Below, one piece after another: positions 39,434-49,472 of a stretch of 64,000 bases of DNA. The notes beneath the pieces are model-generated. The model ran no database searches. It saw nothing but the letters and a program-made list of their open reading frames with translations, and was not told the DNA's origin. The translations under genes were made by a program, and so were the position numbers. Position 1 is the first letter of the stretch. Each line of letters opens with the position of its first letter. The DNA is from a virus: the IMG/VR virus record IMGVR_UViG_3300002056_000074; one strand, written 5' to 3'.

Positions 39434-40348
39434 TTGGGATTCATCACTATGTATCCAATTTAAATCCCAAAGACACTTAACCGGAATAAGAAAGTGATAT
39501 CGATTTATGCTATACAATTTATATTTGTCGGCTAATTTTATATGAATGAAATCATTTTCTGATACTTTATTTTTCCTATCTCCCATATTATAGGAATATA
39601 ACGAATTTATTCTTACTAATTCTGCACCCACCAACGAATGGCGATTATTTCGTCTCGTTGCATATAGCCACTGTCGAGCCAGATTCCAGCTCGTGTATTC
39701 AAAATTTTCTGATATTTTATCATCCATCTCTAGATATTGTTTTTTAGAAATAAAATTAAATTGATCTGAAGAATCATATAAATCCATAATAGATTCAAAC
39801 GTTTTGAAATTACTCACATCCTCGGGAAAAAATTCCAAATGTGATGCGATCTTCTCATTAACTTTAGATGCATAGGTCGGTAAGTATGGACTTCCACATA
39901 AAAGTAGATAATCTGGAAATGAATCTTTAATTGCCTTAAAATCGATAGTATCTTCTCTGGTACTTGAAAGAATTAAATTATGAAAAATATCTGTAGATTT
40001 TCTTTTTTGTACGAGTAATATTATATATAAATCTCGGTATGCATAATACCACTTATCATTCCAAGCATATCCATTTTTCAATTTTTGAATATTTAAATTT
40101 GGTTCGAATCCACGATATACATCATATCCCAGAATTAAATTTCTTAAAAGAATTAATGCTGATGAATAATGCATATCAATATCGTAAGTAATTCTAGGAT
40201 GCTTCTTTCTTTTTTTATCGAGGAGCCGCTGCTCATTAATAGTTTTTTTCCACAACTTTGAAAAACGATTCATTAATTCCTTATCACGTTTATCTATTTT
40301 ATATGGAAAATTAGAAATTAACGGTCTTTTATGTTTTTGGTCACTCAT
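39425..40348 (-). CDS. Hypothetical protein
   Basis: 307-aa ORF. Confidence 0.65.
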   Translation of the reverse strand: MSDQKHKRPLISNFPYKIDKRDKELMNRFSKLWKKTINEQRLLDKKRKKHPRITYDIDMHYSSALILLRNLILGYDVYRGFEPNLNIQKLKNGYAWNDKWYYAYRDLYIILLVQKRKSTDIFHNLILSSTREDTIDFKAIKDSFPDYLLLCGSPYLPTYASKVNEKIASHLEFFPEDVSNFKTFESIMDLYDSSDQFNFISKKQYLEMDDKISENFEYTSWNLARQWLYATRRNNRHSLVGAELVRINSLYSYNMGDRKNKVSENDFIHIKLADKYKLYSINRYHFLIPVKCLWDLNWIHSDESQSI

Positions 40349-40410
40349 TTTGGTCCCATATATAGCTCAACCAAAAATGTGATTGAGCTATATATGCCTA
40401 TGTTGATGTG

Positions 40411-41946
40411 TTAATCTTTATCTGATCTTTTCAATAGTTTCATTAGAAGTGCAATTATCCTCTTAATGATCGAAGATGTTGATTCTTCCCCATCGTCCTT
40501 CACTTCTTCTGACTCCATAACTTCTGGTTTAATTATATCACTTCTTCCGATTTTATATACAACTTTTTCGGAATTAATGAATGGTCCACCATCAGGTGTT
40601 GATGTAACATAATATTCTCCTTCAGCACTACCTTCAGGGATAGTCCATTCGGTGCCCACCATCGAAGCTGTGTACACATTATCATTGAATTTGATATCAT
40701 ATTTACTATCTTTATTGACATCATTCCATCGCATGATATTACCATCAATAGTGATATTGAAATCATTAGAATCATTTGCTTCTGTGGTGGTATCAACAGG
40801 CTTAGATGGGGTGGTTACTGTAGATACAATAACTTCATCACTATCTTCAACACCACTTAAGTCGCGCCAATTAGGAGCCAACCAGTTTCCTTCCTGATCT
40901 TCATTTTGGTATACACGAACATATAGGATTGCACTTTTATCAGTCTCCAGTCGCTCATTAGACATAGTTCCGATATTATAACCCCAGAGGCCCGCATCGC
41001 GTTGGATATAGGGTGGATCTGCAGCGATTCCATCACCGCCACCAGCAGCACTATTCCCTTCGCGAGTTAAATATAGTGCCATTGCGATATGTACAATTGC
41101 AACATCATCCCTCGCAACTTCAATTCCATCGACATACCAAATAGTAACGGTGTTATCCCAATATACTGCAATAGTGTGATCACCTTTAGTGATATCAATG
41201 CCAAATTTTCTACAATCAACGGGTGGAATTTTTTTAGAATTTGCACCAATATTTTTACAAAGCAGAAAATGTTCTGCACCCGGTGATGGCTCATATTCAA
41301 AAATGTCACATTCTAAACCGTTTGCAGCAGAATCATCATATGTTCCACCAACCAGCGATCTATCTTCATCAATTGGATCGACGGCTGGTAATAACCAAAC
41401 ACTATTCCTACCACCTTCAACGTTGGTCTGTTCGAAATTTACACCAACTTCTACAAATCCATAACGAAAATAAAAGTTGGGACTATCTTGGCGAGCTGGC
41501 CTAACAGCACCATCATGCCATGACATCGCATAGGTATCTAACCATGAGGTATAAATCTTTTTCCTAAAATCTGCAACGTCACCGTTCCGGGGATTCGTAT
41601 ATGGGTGATGGCTTGATTTAATAGTGGGATCATCTTCATCACTCCTATAAAATCCCATATAAAGAGCACCATCCTTAACTTCAATAGTTTTGTCATGATG
41701 TTTGTCGTACCAAACAGCATGGCGCTTACCATGTGGATACTCACCATCTCTCCTGTTTCCCTGAGTATCAAAACCGAAAGTATTAGTTACATGTTGACTC
41801 ATCTGAGCATTATTTCCCTGAAAATCAGGAAGAATTTTTTCAATTCGCCACTTATCTTTATTCAGGCTATTGCCATTAAATTCATCATTCCAGACCATTT
41901 TCCAGTTTTTATTTTTATATGGTCCATCGTTTATAATTGGTAGCAT
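40411..41946 (-). CDS. Glycoside hydrolase family 16 protein with C-terminal extension
   Basis: WNDEFNG, YGFVE, GLECDIFE (ExDxxE catalytic motif), WYVDG, YVRVYQ; no signal peptide. Confidence 0.85.
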   Translation of the reverse strand: MLPIINDGPYKNKNWKMVWNDEFNGNSLNKDKWRIEKILPDFQGNNAQMSQHVTNTFGFDTQGNRRDGEYPHGKRHAVWYDKHHDKTIEVKDGALYMGFYRSDEDDPTIKSSHHPYTNPRNGDVADFRKKIYTSWLDTYAMSWHDGAVRPARQDSPNFYFRYGFVEVGVNFEQTNVEGGRNSVWLLPAVDPIDEDRSLVGGTYDDSAANGLECDIFEYEPSPGAEHFLLCKNIGANSKKIPPVDCRKFGIDITKGDHTIAVYWDNTVTIWYVDGIEVARDDVAIVHIAMALYLTREGNSAAGGGDGIAADPPYIQRDAGLWGYNIGTMSNERLETDKSAILYVRVYQNEDQEGNWLAPNWRDLSGVEDSDEVIVSTVTTPSKPVDTTTEANDSNDFNITIDGNIMRWNDVNKDSKYDIKFNDNVYTASMVGTEWTIPEGSAEGEYYVTSTPDGGPFINSEKVVYKIGRSDIIKPEVMESEEVKDDGEESTSSIIKRIIALLMKLLKRSDKD

Positions 41947-41997
41947 GTCTGTTGATCCTTTAGAAGTTAATATTTATTTAGTATTAATATTTTTTTC

Positions 41998-43710
41998 TTA
42001 GTTACCAACCCTAACCAACTCAATATAATCAATAGCATGGTTCTGAGATCTTCCCGAAAACTCTAAGGTATATGTGTTACCAGCTTCTAAACGAACCTTA
42101 AATTGTTCGTGAGCTGATTGACCTTCTACATCAGCACTTGAAGATACTACCCATTTATTAACAGCTCCACCACTAAACACTTTTGTCCAATCGGTGAAAT
42201 CAGCAGAACCCGATACCCTACCAGCATTAATTTTAAACCATGAATCATTAAAAAGATCAGATCGTGTGGGATTTACTGCCTGTGCCCGCATCCGAAACAC
42301 ATATTCTCCTGATTGTGTTGCATCAATAATAATTTTAGAAGCGCCTCTTCCCGCAGTGCTATGTGCAAATGAGTCACCACCATTCCAGCGAATATAACCA
42401 TCTCCTGAAAATCCAGAAATTGAAGATTCTTTTACCCATCCAGTACCTAGATTGGCCCTTTCTATTTCAACTCTAATCGTGCTTGATGTTTGATTAACTC
42501 TTAAATCATCACTACCTCCAGTATTATCACCACTCACATTTCCTGTAGGTGTTGTTGTAGTTGGAAGGAAAGCATCAGCAAATTCGAACCAATTTGCAAT
42601 ATCCCCACTATCAAGTCCAAGTACCCACATCATTTCAACCGCATCAGATCCGTCAAATTTACTTCTAGGATTTAACAAATCAAATGCAACATTCCATTCG
42701 TCGCCATATTCTGCATTGTTACGAAATCGATTTACTAACCCAGCATTAAAATTACTTCCAGAAATATTCAAGTTAGCAGTTCGGTTATTACTCACATTTC
42801 CATTATCAATTGTGAGATAATTTGCACGCGATGACATATAAGAAAGGTTTGAATTTAATGTATTATTCTGATTCCAAGCAGTGCTATGCTGGACTATGTT
42901 GATCTTTTTAAGATTTCCAGAATATCCAAGACTCTCAATTCTGCGAATGACCTCAGTTGAAAAATCCATTGGTCCACCATCTAATGCCCAAACAGAATTG
43001 CCTGCCTGTAACGTAGCTAACCACTTATTTGCCACTGCATTAACGGTGCTAGTATCAAAGGAGTTTGTTGTTCCAGATCTTCCCGCTGATTCATCATACG
43101 CATTAAACCACGTATTAATTGAACCTTCATTTCCATATAATTTATTAAAAATTCTTGGACTATCTTGGATGTAATTACTTCTTGGTCTATCAAAACCACA
43201 TGTTCCATTAACAACAATGTAGTCAGTTCCTCGCTCAAGTGCATAGAAATCCAATAACATTCTTCCCGCAGTAGCAGCATGAATATCATCTGGATCTGGG
43301 CAGCTATCGTACTGTGCAGAAATCAAATCACCATCTTTGAATAGGGCATTTGAAGGAATTGTTCCATCCCCCAAATTGACCGCACCTCCTCCGACTGGGG
43401 TGGTTATATTTCCACCAACATTATTAGTGACATCAGATAATGTTGGGTTATTAAAACCTGCACAAATCCATCTACCATCTCCTACGGGATCACAATCAAC
43501 ACTGGCTTTCCCTGCTGCATCAAAATAGCCATTGCGGGCGGCAAGGATATTATTTCCCATGATTGCAATAGGATCAACTACTGGTGTTGGTGTTGGTGTT
43601 GGTGTTGGTGTTGGTGTTGGTGTTGGTGTTGCAGATACATCTGCCATTGTGGGGTTGTTAAAACTTGCACAGACCCATCCACCATTCAAGATCAGTTCCA
43701 AATACTGCAA
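41998..43710 (-). CDS. C-terminal part of a broken mosaic secreted protein (PT linker, Cys repeat, nucleoside-hydrolase-like domain, CBM-like beta-sandwich)
   Basis: DSCPDPDDIHA, LDGGP, VQHS; C-terminal GFSGDGYIRW...SGRS..HAID domain; weak TTG start. Confidence 0.7.
   Translation of the reverse strand: MQYLELILNGGWVCASFNNPTMADVSATPTPTPTPTPTPTPTPVVDPIAIMGNNILAARNGYFDAAGKASVDCDPVGDGRWICAGFNNPTLSDVTNNVGGNITTPVGGGAVNLGDGTIPSNALFKDGDLISAQYDSCPDPDDIHAATAGRMLLDFYALERGTDYIVVNGTCGFDRPRSNYIQDSPRIFNKLYGNEGSINTWFNAYDESAGRSGTTNSFDTSTVNAVANKWLATLQAGNSVWALDGGPMDFSTEVIRRIESLGYSGNLKKINIVQHSTAWNQNNTLNSNLSYMSSRANYLTIDNGNVSNNRTANLNISGSNFNAGLVNRFRNNAEYGDEWNVAFDLLNPRSKFDGSDAVEMMWVLGLDSGDIANWFEFADAFLPTTTTPTGNVSGDNTGGSDDLRVNQTSSTIRVEIERANLGTGWVKESSISGFSGDGYIRWNGGDSFAHSTAGRGASKIIIDATQSGEYVFRMRAQAVNPTRSDLFNDSWFKINAGRVSGSADFTDWTKVFSGGAVNKWVVSSSADVEGQSAHEQFKVRLEAGNTYTLEFSGRSQNHAIDYIELVRVGN
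43582..43629. repeat. TGGTGT x8 (Pro-Thr linker)
   Basis: Direct 6-bp tandem repeat encoding TPTPTP. Confidence 0.9.
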
Positions 43711-43773
43711 TTCTATTATTAGTAGGTGTGGTTGGTATTACAGGTTCAATTGGTGTTGGTGTTGCAGATGTAT

Positions 43774-44751
43774 CTACATCTGCCATTGTGGGGTTGTTAA
43801 AACTTGCACAGACCCATCCACCACATTTCGTGCATCGGGTAAAGTTTTTCCGAATACTGCAACTGTTTGGGTTTCAAATACTATTGGAGTTTGATTTACT
43901 GGTGTTGTTTCAACTACTATATTATTAGTAATTGGAAAAAACTTATCAGCAAATGCTGATATTGTTGAATATTCACTAGTTTCTACTCCAAAAATATGCA
44001 TTACTGCAACAAACTCAGAAAAATCAATTATTCTGGGACTTGATTGGGGGTCTACGTAAGAATACGCGGTAGACCACTGTGGACCATAATCAGAATTTAA
44101 TGATCTCTCCTTAAAGTCATTTCTATCTTCTAATGTTGCATGTTTTCCGTTAAATGCTGGGGTACTGTTTGGGTCATTTCCATCATCAATATTAATATAA
44201 GTTGTTAAATTTTTAACTATTGTAAGTGAAATATTACTAGTACTACGCTCATTTGCATTGAAACTGTTTTGTACGACACGAATTTTTTTTAAATTTTCAA
44301 CCCCTCGATTATTTAATATATTAACCACTCGTGCAGTAAATTCAGATGGACCACCCTCAGCAACGTGAATAGTCCCTCCATTATTAAGAATTGCTTCCCA
44401 TGTATTAGCAACTGTTTGTGTTGTGGTTGGCCAATTTTTAAATCGGGCATCTATACCAGTTGGAAACATATTAATCATATGCTCATAGTTTCCCACTAAA
44501 GTAGTTGTTCCTGCTTTTGCGGAGTTTACGGTTGTCCCAACTACAGCAAGATAATTCACTTCACCATAATTATCAAATAATTCTCTAGTGGCAATCATTG
44601 CTTGCAAGTCATCATAATCTGGCAAAGCATCCCAATGTAAAGCAACTAAATCGCCCGGTTGATATGTTGAATTGGGTGTATTGTTAGATTGTCCGAATGA
44701 CGTACCGAAGAAAAAGATGGTTAAAAATATTACACTTAAAAAACGTCTCAT
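43774..44751 (-). CDS. N-terminal part of the same mosaic protein (signal peptide plus nucleoside-hydrolase-like domain)
   Basis: MRRFLSVIFLTIFFFG signal; DALPDYDDLQA, AEGGPSEF, VVQNS are paralogous to the downstream ORF; same frame as 41998..43710. Confidence 0.75.
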   Translation of the reverse strand: MRRFLSVIFLTIFFFGTSFGQSNNTPNSTYQPGDLVALHWDALPDYDDLQAMIATRELFDNYGEVNYLAVVGTTVNSAKAGTTTLVGNYEHMINMFPTGIDARFKNWPTTTQTVANTWEAILNNGGTIHVAEGGPSEFTARVVNILNNRGVENLKKIRVVQNSFNANERSTSNISLTIVKNLTTYINIDDGNDPNSTPAFNGKHATLEDRNDFKERSLNSDYGPQWSTAYSYVDPQSSPRIIDFSEFVAVMHIFGVETSEYSTISAFADKFFPITNNIVVETTPVNQTPIVFETQTVAVFGKTLPDARNVVDGSVQVLTTPQWQM

Positions 44752-44775
44752 TGAATATGCTCCTCTATATAAACA

Positions 44776-44783
44776 TATTTATA
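44776..44783 (-). promoter_or_regulatory. T4-type late promoter-like TATAAATA
   Basis: Exact TATAAATA followed by AGAGGAG RBS of ORF 44751. Confidence 0.55.
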
Positions 44784-44804
44784 AATCTTAAGAGGAGAAG
44801 AAAA

Positions 44805-45344
44805 TTAAGAATTTTTAGTGATAATCGCGACAGCTTCTGTGATAGTATTAACCTCTGGGAGATGATCTGATTCTACAATATTCATGACAATTTCTGCTTC
44901 TAATTCAGTTTTAACCGTCTGGTTTTGAGTTTTGCGATCAAAATAAGTGTATTGATACCTACCTGTATATTTTTCACCATGTGCCCATCTAAAAGGAGTT
45001 GGTAAATCAGGTGATCCTAAAACTCTTACAGTAAGAAGGACAAGATAGGAAAATATCCAATAAAAACATCTCTTAAAAATATTTTGATCTAGTCCACATT
45101 CTTTTATCCCCCAATGGAGATCATAATCTGCATATTTTCTTTGCCCACGTGTCCCACCATAAAAATATCGTTCATCATGTTGATGGCAGAATCGCAGAAA
45201 CGGTAATGTTCTCTCCTCACCGTAAATTAACTTGGTAATTTTTCGATATAAAATAGAAATACCACTACATCCATCAGAGTTTTCTAAAATAAATGGACCC
45301 TCTCCACGTTTGACACGTTTTGACATGGTTTTTCTTCTCCTCAA
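44805..45344 (-). CDS. Phospholipase A2-like (C-x2-H-D) membrane-associated protein
   Basis: DGCSG...FCHQHDERY...RKYADYDL and a hydrophobic segment. Confidence 0.5.
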   Translation of the reverse strand: MRRRKTMSKRVKRGEGPFILENSDGCSGISILYRKITKLIYGEERTLPFLRFCHQHDERYFYGGTRGQRKYADYDLHWGIKECGLDQNIFKRCFYWIFSYLVLLTVRVLGSPDLPTPFRWAHGEKYTGRYQYTYFDRKTQNQTVKTELEAEIVMNIVESDHLPEVNTITEAVAIITKNS

Positions 45345-45416
45345 GTTATATATTCTATTTATTGATTGAGGGTAAAATCACAACATTAGAATTTACTGTA
45401 AGATATAATATATTCC

Positions 45417-45731
45417 ATGAAGAAAACAAAGCAACAAAACGTGACCGCCATTATTTATGATAAGCGTGGACGGGTATTATCCATCGGGAAAAATTCTTAT
45501 ATTAAGACACATCCTCTTCAGGCACACCATGCCGAAAGAGTTGGCCTACCGGAGAAAGTGTATCTTCATGCAGAAATTGCTGCCATTGTCCGCTGCAAAA
45601 ATTTGAAACGAGCACATAAGATATTAGTATCTAGGGTGCTTCGTGACGGATCACTGGGAATAGCGAAGCCATGTCCCGTATGTGCAAGTGCAATAGAAGC
45701 TGCTGGAATAGAAATTATTGAGCATTCGTAA
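45417..45731 (+). CDS. Cytidine/dCMP deaminase-like protein
   Basis: HAEIAAI and PCPVC zinc motifs. Confidence 0.85.
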   Translation: MKKTKQQNVTAIIYDKRGRVLSIGKNSYIKTHPLQAHHAERVGLPEKVYLHAEIAAIVRCKNLKRAHKILVSRVLRDGSLGIAKPCPVCASAIEAAGIEIIEHS

Positions 45732-46371
45732 AATTTAACAATTCTTCATATTCCTCAAATCGATTTTTATCGATTATTTCTATTTTATTATCGATATACC
45801 ACATGATCCGTCTCTCCGCCTCTTTAAGTATTAATTCTTGAGTATCAAGGACGGAAAGTTTCGGAACCGGTACTGATCTCTCCATTCTTTTTGGTTTTGG
45901 TGAACATGCACTAATCACTGTACCAATGGCTTGCCAAGAACCTTTTAGGTCGATATCCTGTATATAAACAGTATCGCCAAAAGAAGTATACATCGTAACA
46001 TTATTACCACGTCTCAGGACATCTAATATAGTCTGATTTGATATATCATAGAACATTATATTATTTGAATTTATAGCAACTTTAGTAGCAAATCTAAATG
46101 CTCTATCATCATCTATCTCAAATGTTACACTATAATCAGTAGGGACTTTTGTGGATTGTCCACCCCTTGACATTACCATGTAGAGGTTGGGTGGTCGATC
46201 ATCAATTATTGAACATGATATAGATAATGAAGTATTTCCTGATGCCGTGGTTATCTTCTCGTCAGGAGCTTGGCGTACTTTTACTGACCACTCGGAAAAT
46301 ACTTCTACAGGAAACAACACTAAGCATGTACCGAAGATCAAATTTCTTAACAAGAAACAACATTTTCCCAT
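45715..46371 (-). CDS. Hypothetical exported protein
   Basis: Signal-like N-terminus. Confidence 0.6.
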   Translation of the reverse strand: MGKCCFLLRNLIFGTCLVLFPVEVFSEWSVKVRQAPDEKITTASGNTSLSISCSIIDDRPPNLYMVMSRGGQSTKVPTDYSVTFEIDDDRAFRFATKVAINSNNIMFYDISNQTILDVLRRGNNVTMYTSFGDTVYIQDIDLKGSWQAIGTVISACSPKPKRMERSVPVPKLSVLDTQELILKEAERRIMWYIDNKIEIIDKNRFEEYEELLNFTNAQ

Positions 46372-46377
46372 ATTACA

Positions 46378-46701
46378 TCAATTATTATTTTTGGTATATA
46401 TAGTATGGGCCGCAATTTTAGTATTGATTGCAGCATTAACAAGTGCGGGAAGTTTCGATTCCATGTCAGCGGAATTAGTAACTAAATTGTTTTGAAGATT
46501 GTAAATATCCATTAATAGCTGACTTATAGAATTTTCTATATCTGATATTCTCTGCTCAAAATTAACATGGATGTCTGGAGCACGCATATAATGTTGATGA
46601 ATTAACGAATCACTTTCCTGTTTATTCGAATCATAACAATTACACAGTTTATCAGCAATTAAATTTCCCGTCGTATCAATAACACTTCCGTAATTATTCA
46701 T
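46378..46701 (-). CDS. Hypothetical coiled-coil protein
   Basis: Coupled ORF. Confidence 0.55.
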   Translation of the reverse strand: MNNYGSVIDTTGNLIADKLCNCYDSNKQESDSLIHQHYMRAPDIHVNFEQRISDIENSISQLLMDIYNLQNNLVTNSADMESKLPALVNAAINTKIAAHTIYTKNNN

Positions 46702-47125
46702 TATTCTCTCCCCGTTTATTCCAAAACAATGGAAACTTTTTTGGTTTATTATCTAATTGATTTTTTGTAGATGAATTCATAACCTGATTGGCATCATGAA
46801 TCTCGCGCTTACGTTCACATACTTCCAACACAAAGCCCAAATCGATAAATGGTAATTCATCATCTATTCGTATTTCAGTTATAGCATCTTCTATTCTATC
46901 AGTAAGTATTTCGATTAATTGTTCAAGTTTTTGAGCACAAAAATGCACATTACCATCATCAATGGTTGTTTTCCCAAACATGGCTTGAATTTCGGGTGGC
47001 TCATCATCCCTAGAATGTCTTAATAGTACTGACTCTAACATCCATTCAAACTTTCGCTTCTTGAGAAATAATTTTTCAACATTCTCATATTTTGAGGCTG
47101 GCACATCTCCTATAGAATCATACAT
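46694..47125 (-). CDS. Hypothetical protein
   Basis: 143-aa ORF. Confidence 0.6.
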   Translation of the reverse strand: MYDSIGDVPASKYENVEKLFLKKRKFEWMLESVLLRHSRDDEPPEIQAMFGKTTIDDGNVHFCAQKLEQLIEILTDRIEDAITEIRIDDELPFIDLGFVLEVCERKREIHDANQVMNSSTKNQLDNKPKKFPLFWNKRGENNE

Positions 47126-47128
47126 AAT

Positions 47129-47380
47129 CTATGATTGTCCTATTTTTTTCTTTCGATATCTGGCAGGGCCGGGATCATCAGAACAGTTCCACATACTAGT
47201 TCCTGTGTGCTCCCCCGGAATTCTGAAACTCCCTGCAGGAACAATAATCCTTCGTAGTGTTCGCTGCCCACATTTTGGACATTCTACAAGTGGATCATCT
47301 TTCATGCTCTGAGTGACTTCAAATTGATCACTATGGAGTGGACAATCTTTATTATCGCATGTGTATGTATACGTTGCCAT
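47129..47380 (-). CDS. FmdB-family zinc-ribbon protein
   Basis: MATYTYTC...C...QSMKDDPLVECPKCG..LRRII. Confidence 0.8.
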   Translation of the reverse strand: MATYTYTCDNKDCPLHSDQFEVTQSMKDDPLVECPKCGQRTLRRIIVPAGSFRIPGEHTGTSMWNCSDDPGPARYRKKKIGQS

Positions 47381-47605
47381 AGAAAATATTCCTGTAATTT
47401 CTATGTATTATATCAAAGAATATACATCAATGCTAGTAGAATAATCACACTGGTGATGATCACCAAATCTATCCCCCAAAAGGTAAGATGATGAATATTA
47501 TTGTGATAGAATTTTTTAAGTTTATGACTAATAGTATTCATGTTCTATGGCCCGATATATTTGAAGTTATAGATTACACAAATCAATCTCTTAAGTCAAT
47601 GAGAG

Positions 47606-48193
47606 TTAGTCCTTGCCTTTATCTTCCAGTGCTTTAGCTTCACGCGCCTTTTGAAGATTGGTTGGACTCTTTCGCTTCTTCCTCCCCGCACCTCCCGCAA
47701 CATCAGTTAATGATGGTTTATCTTCTCCAACACGCTTCCTTGATAGAAACGCTATTGCTTTATCAAATGTGCTATTCATATGTTCTGCACTTGAAACCAT
47801 TTTTTCATGGTGTTCCTTATTTCGATTATCCTGCCCATGTGAATCTTTTTGTGGTAATCGCGCTCGAATTTTTGGAAGTTCAATTAATGCTAATTTTAGT
47901 GCTGCCTGAACAGTATCTACATCATTCTCTTTAATTGCATCACTTGTTGCTTGGGATACTGCTCTTGAATTACCGATAGTGTAGGGTCCGAGTTTCTGTT
48001 CACCAGTAGTATAGATAGTGTGAATTTTTTTAGCACCGCGCTTTGCAGCTGCATCATCTGCGACTTCTCTAGCCTTTCGTGCATCAACATCAAATCGATT
48101 TTTGTTTAATCCCCCCACTACTTTATTAGTGGCAGTTCGAAATTTTCGTGGTCCTTCATACAATTGTTCAAGATTCATGTGTAGCATTCCCAA
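47606..48193 (-). CDS. Hypothetical basic protein
   Basis: 195-aa ORF; ACTAAATA upstream. Confidence 0.6.
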   Translation of the reverse strand: MGMLHMNLEQLYEGPRKFRTATNKVVGGLNKNRFDVDARKAREVADDAAAKRGAKKIHTIYTTGEQKLGPYTIGNSRAVSQATSDAIKENDVDTVQAALKLALIELPKIRARLPQKDSHGQDNRNKEHHEKMVSSAEHMNSTFDKAIAFLSRKRVGEDKPSLTDVAGGAGRKKRKSPTNLQKAREAKALEDKGKD

Positions 48194-48266
48194 AGATTAA
48201 ATGTTATGCTATTATTTAGTCGTTTTTACCTGCGAAGTAATAAATATCAATAAAGGAGTGTATTCC

Positions 48267-48557
48267 ATGAAACTGAAGCAACTACACGAAAAAATTAAAT
48301 TTGCACATTCTGGGTTTGATCATATTCGAAAAGAGTTGGCGAAAGATCTTACAAAGGGTGAGAGGAATCAATTGGATGATCTTGATAGAAAAATAACAAA
48401 TGTCACCGATGAGGAAGATAAAGAGCGCCTTGAGACTATGGCACATGCATTACATTTAAAATTAATGAATAAATATCGATCCAAGGCACATTCTCGTGAT
48501 GATCTTCGAAATAAGAAGGAAGATAAGCGATTTAAAAAGGAAATGCGAGGGGAATAA
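48267..48557 (+). CDS. Hypothetical charged helical protein
   Basis: AAGGAG RBS; likely start MKLKQLHE at 48267. Confidence 0.6.
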   Translation: MKLKQLHEKIKFAHSGFDHIRKELAKDLTKGERNQLDDLDRKITNVTDEEDKERLETMAHALHLKLMNKYRSKAHSRDDLRNKKEDKRFKKEMRGE

Positions 48558-48558
48558 T

Positions 48559-48843
48559 TTAATATTTCCTTTTTAGTCTTTCTAAATCTATAGATTTCAT
48601 AACAATATCATATACAGATATGCACGGACATACTTCTAAGCAACTCGATGAACCAGAACCAGACTGTGCTACCCTCTTCCTAAAGTCCCTATCAGTATTT
48701 AACCGACGTATAATATCTACGTATCTAGCATCAGCTTCTTCTCGTGATTCAAATATAGTCCCCTGTATAATGTCGGGGACCATATTATCATGTGAATCAC
48801 TCCAAAAATAATCATTTGGTTTAGTATTTCTTATAAAAAACAT
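48559..48843 (-). CDS. Array paralog
   Basis: GTIFESREEA; C-term IDLERLKRKY. Confidence 0.75.
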   Translation of the reverse strand: MFFIRNTKPNDYFWSDSHDNMVPDIIQGTIFESREEADARYVDIIRRLNTDRDFRKRVAQSGSGSSSCLEVCPCISVYDIVMKSIDLERLKRKY

Positions 48844-48864
48844 ATACTTATTTATCCCAAAAAT

Positions 48865-49173
48865 TTAACACCGATTTATACGCTTTAAATTATCAATAGA
48901 CCTTTGTAATGCAGTAATTTCCATCGCAACAAGATTAGTATCGCAATGTAGTAAAAATTGGCGAGTGGAAAAAAGTGTATTCTTAATCATGTTAGATTCT
49001 AACCTATTTTTCATAAGATCTATAACTTCCTGCGCCTCAGCAGATGAAGAAAATATTTTTGCACCCATTTGACTATGAAAAACACTAAGACCCAAAATTC
49101 TATCGTAGTCCAACTCATAATCTTCTAGATAGAAATTTGTGCTGGTGTTTCTTATTGAATATAATCGCTTCAT
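48865..49173 (-). CDS. Array paralog
   Basis: AKIFSSSAEA; C-term SIDNLKRI. Confidence 0.7.
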   Translation of the reverse strand: MKRLYSIRNTSTNFYLEDYELDYDRILGLSVFHSQMGAKIFSSSAEAQEVIDLMKNRLESNMIKNTLFSTRQFLLHCDTNLVAMEITALQRSIDNLKRINRC

Positions 49174-49472
49174 CGTATAGCTCGCATTCGTTCAATACCT
49201 AGAAAATCACCAAGATCATATTCATAAATTCGTAGCCCATCAGCTATAAACTGTAGCATCAAGACACCTTCACCATCATAAGCCAAAGCAAATATGTCTT
49301 CTTTGAATTTAGTTGCATCTGTCATACAATCAAATAAGTGTGCCTCACCCACAACGGTTGTCAACAATTCTAAAGACCGCCCACCTTCGGAATTTCTATC
49401 ATCATTAATGAATAATTTGTTGGTGGAAATAAAATGATTAAATTCTTGATGGTATAGAAGATATTTTATCAT
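49170..49472 (-). CDS. Array paralog
   Basis: AHLFDCMTDA; C-term LGIERMRAIR. Confidence 0.78.
   Translation of the reverse strand: MIKYLLYHQEFNHFISTNKLFINDDRNSEGGRSLELLTTVVGEAHLFDCMTDATKFKEDIFALAYDGEGVLMLQFIADGLRIYEYDLGDFLGIERMRAIR

Noticed and set aside
43672-43823. Simple recombination between the 139-bp-spaced direct repeats to restore the reading frame
   Set aside because: 139 is not a multiple of 3, so deletion between the repeats would not rejoin the two same-frame ORFs correctly.
43532-43928. Plus-strand GV-repeat ORFs
   Set aside because: They are antisense readings of the Pro-Thr linker repeat.
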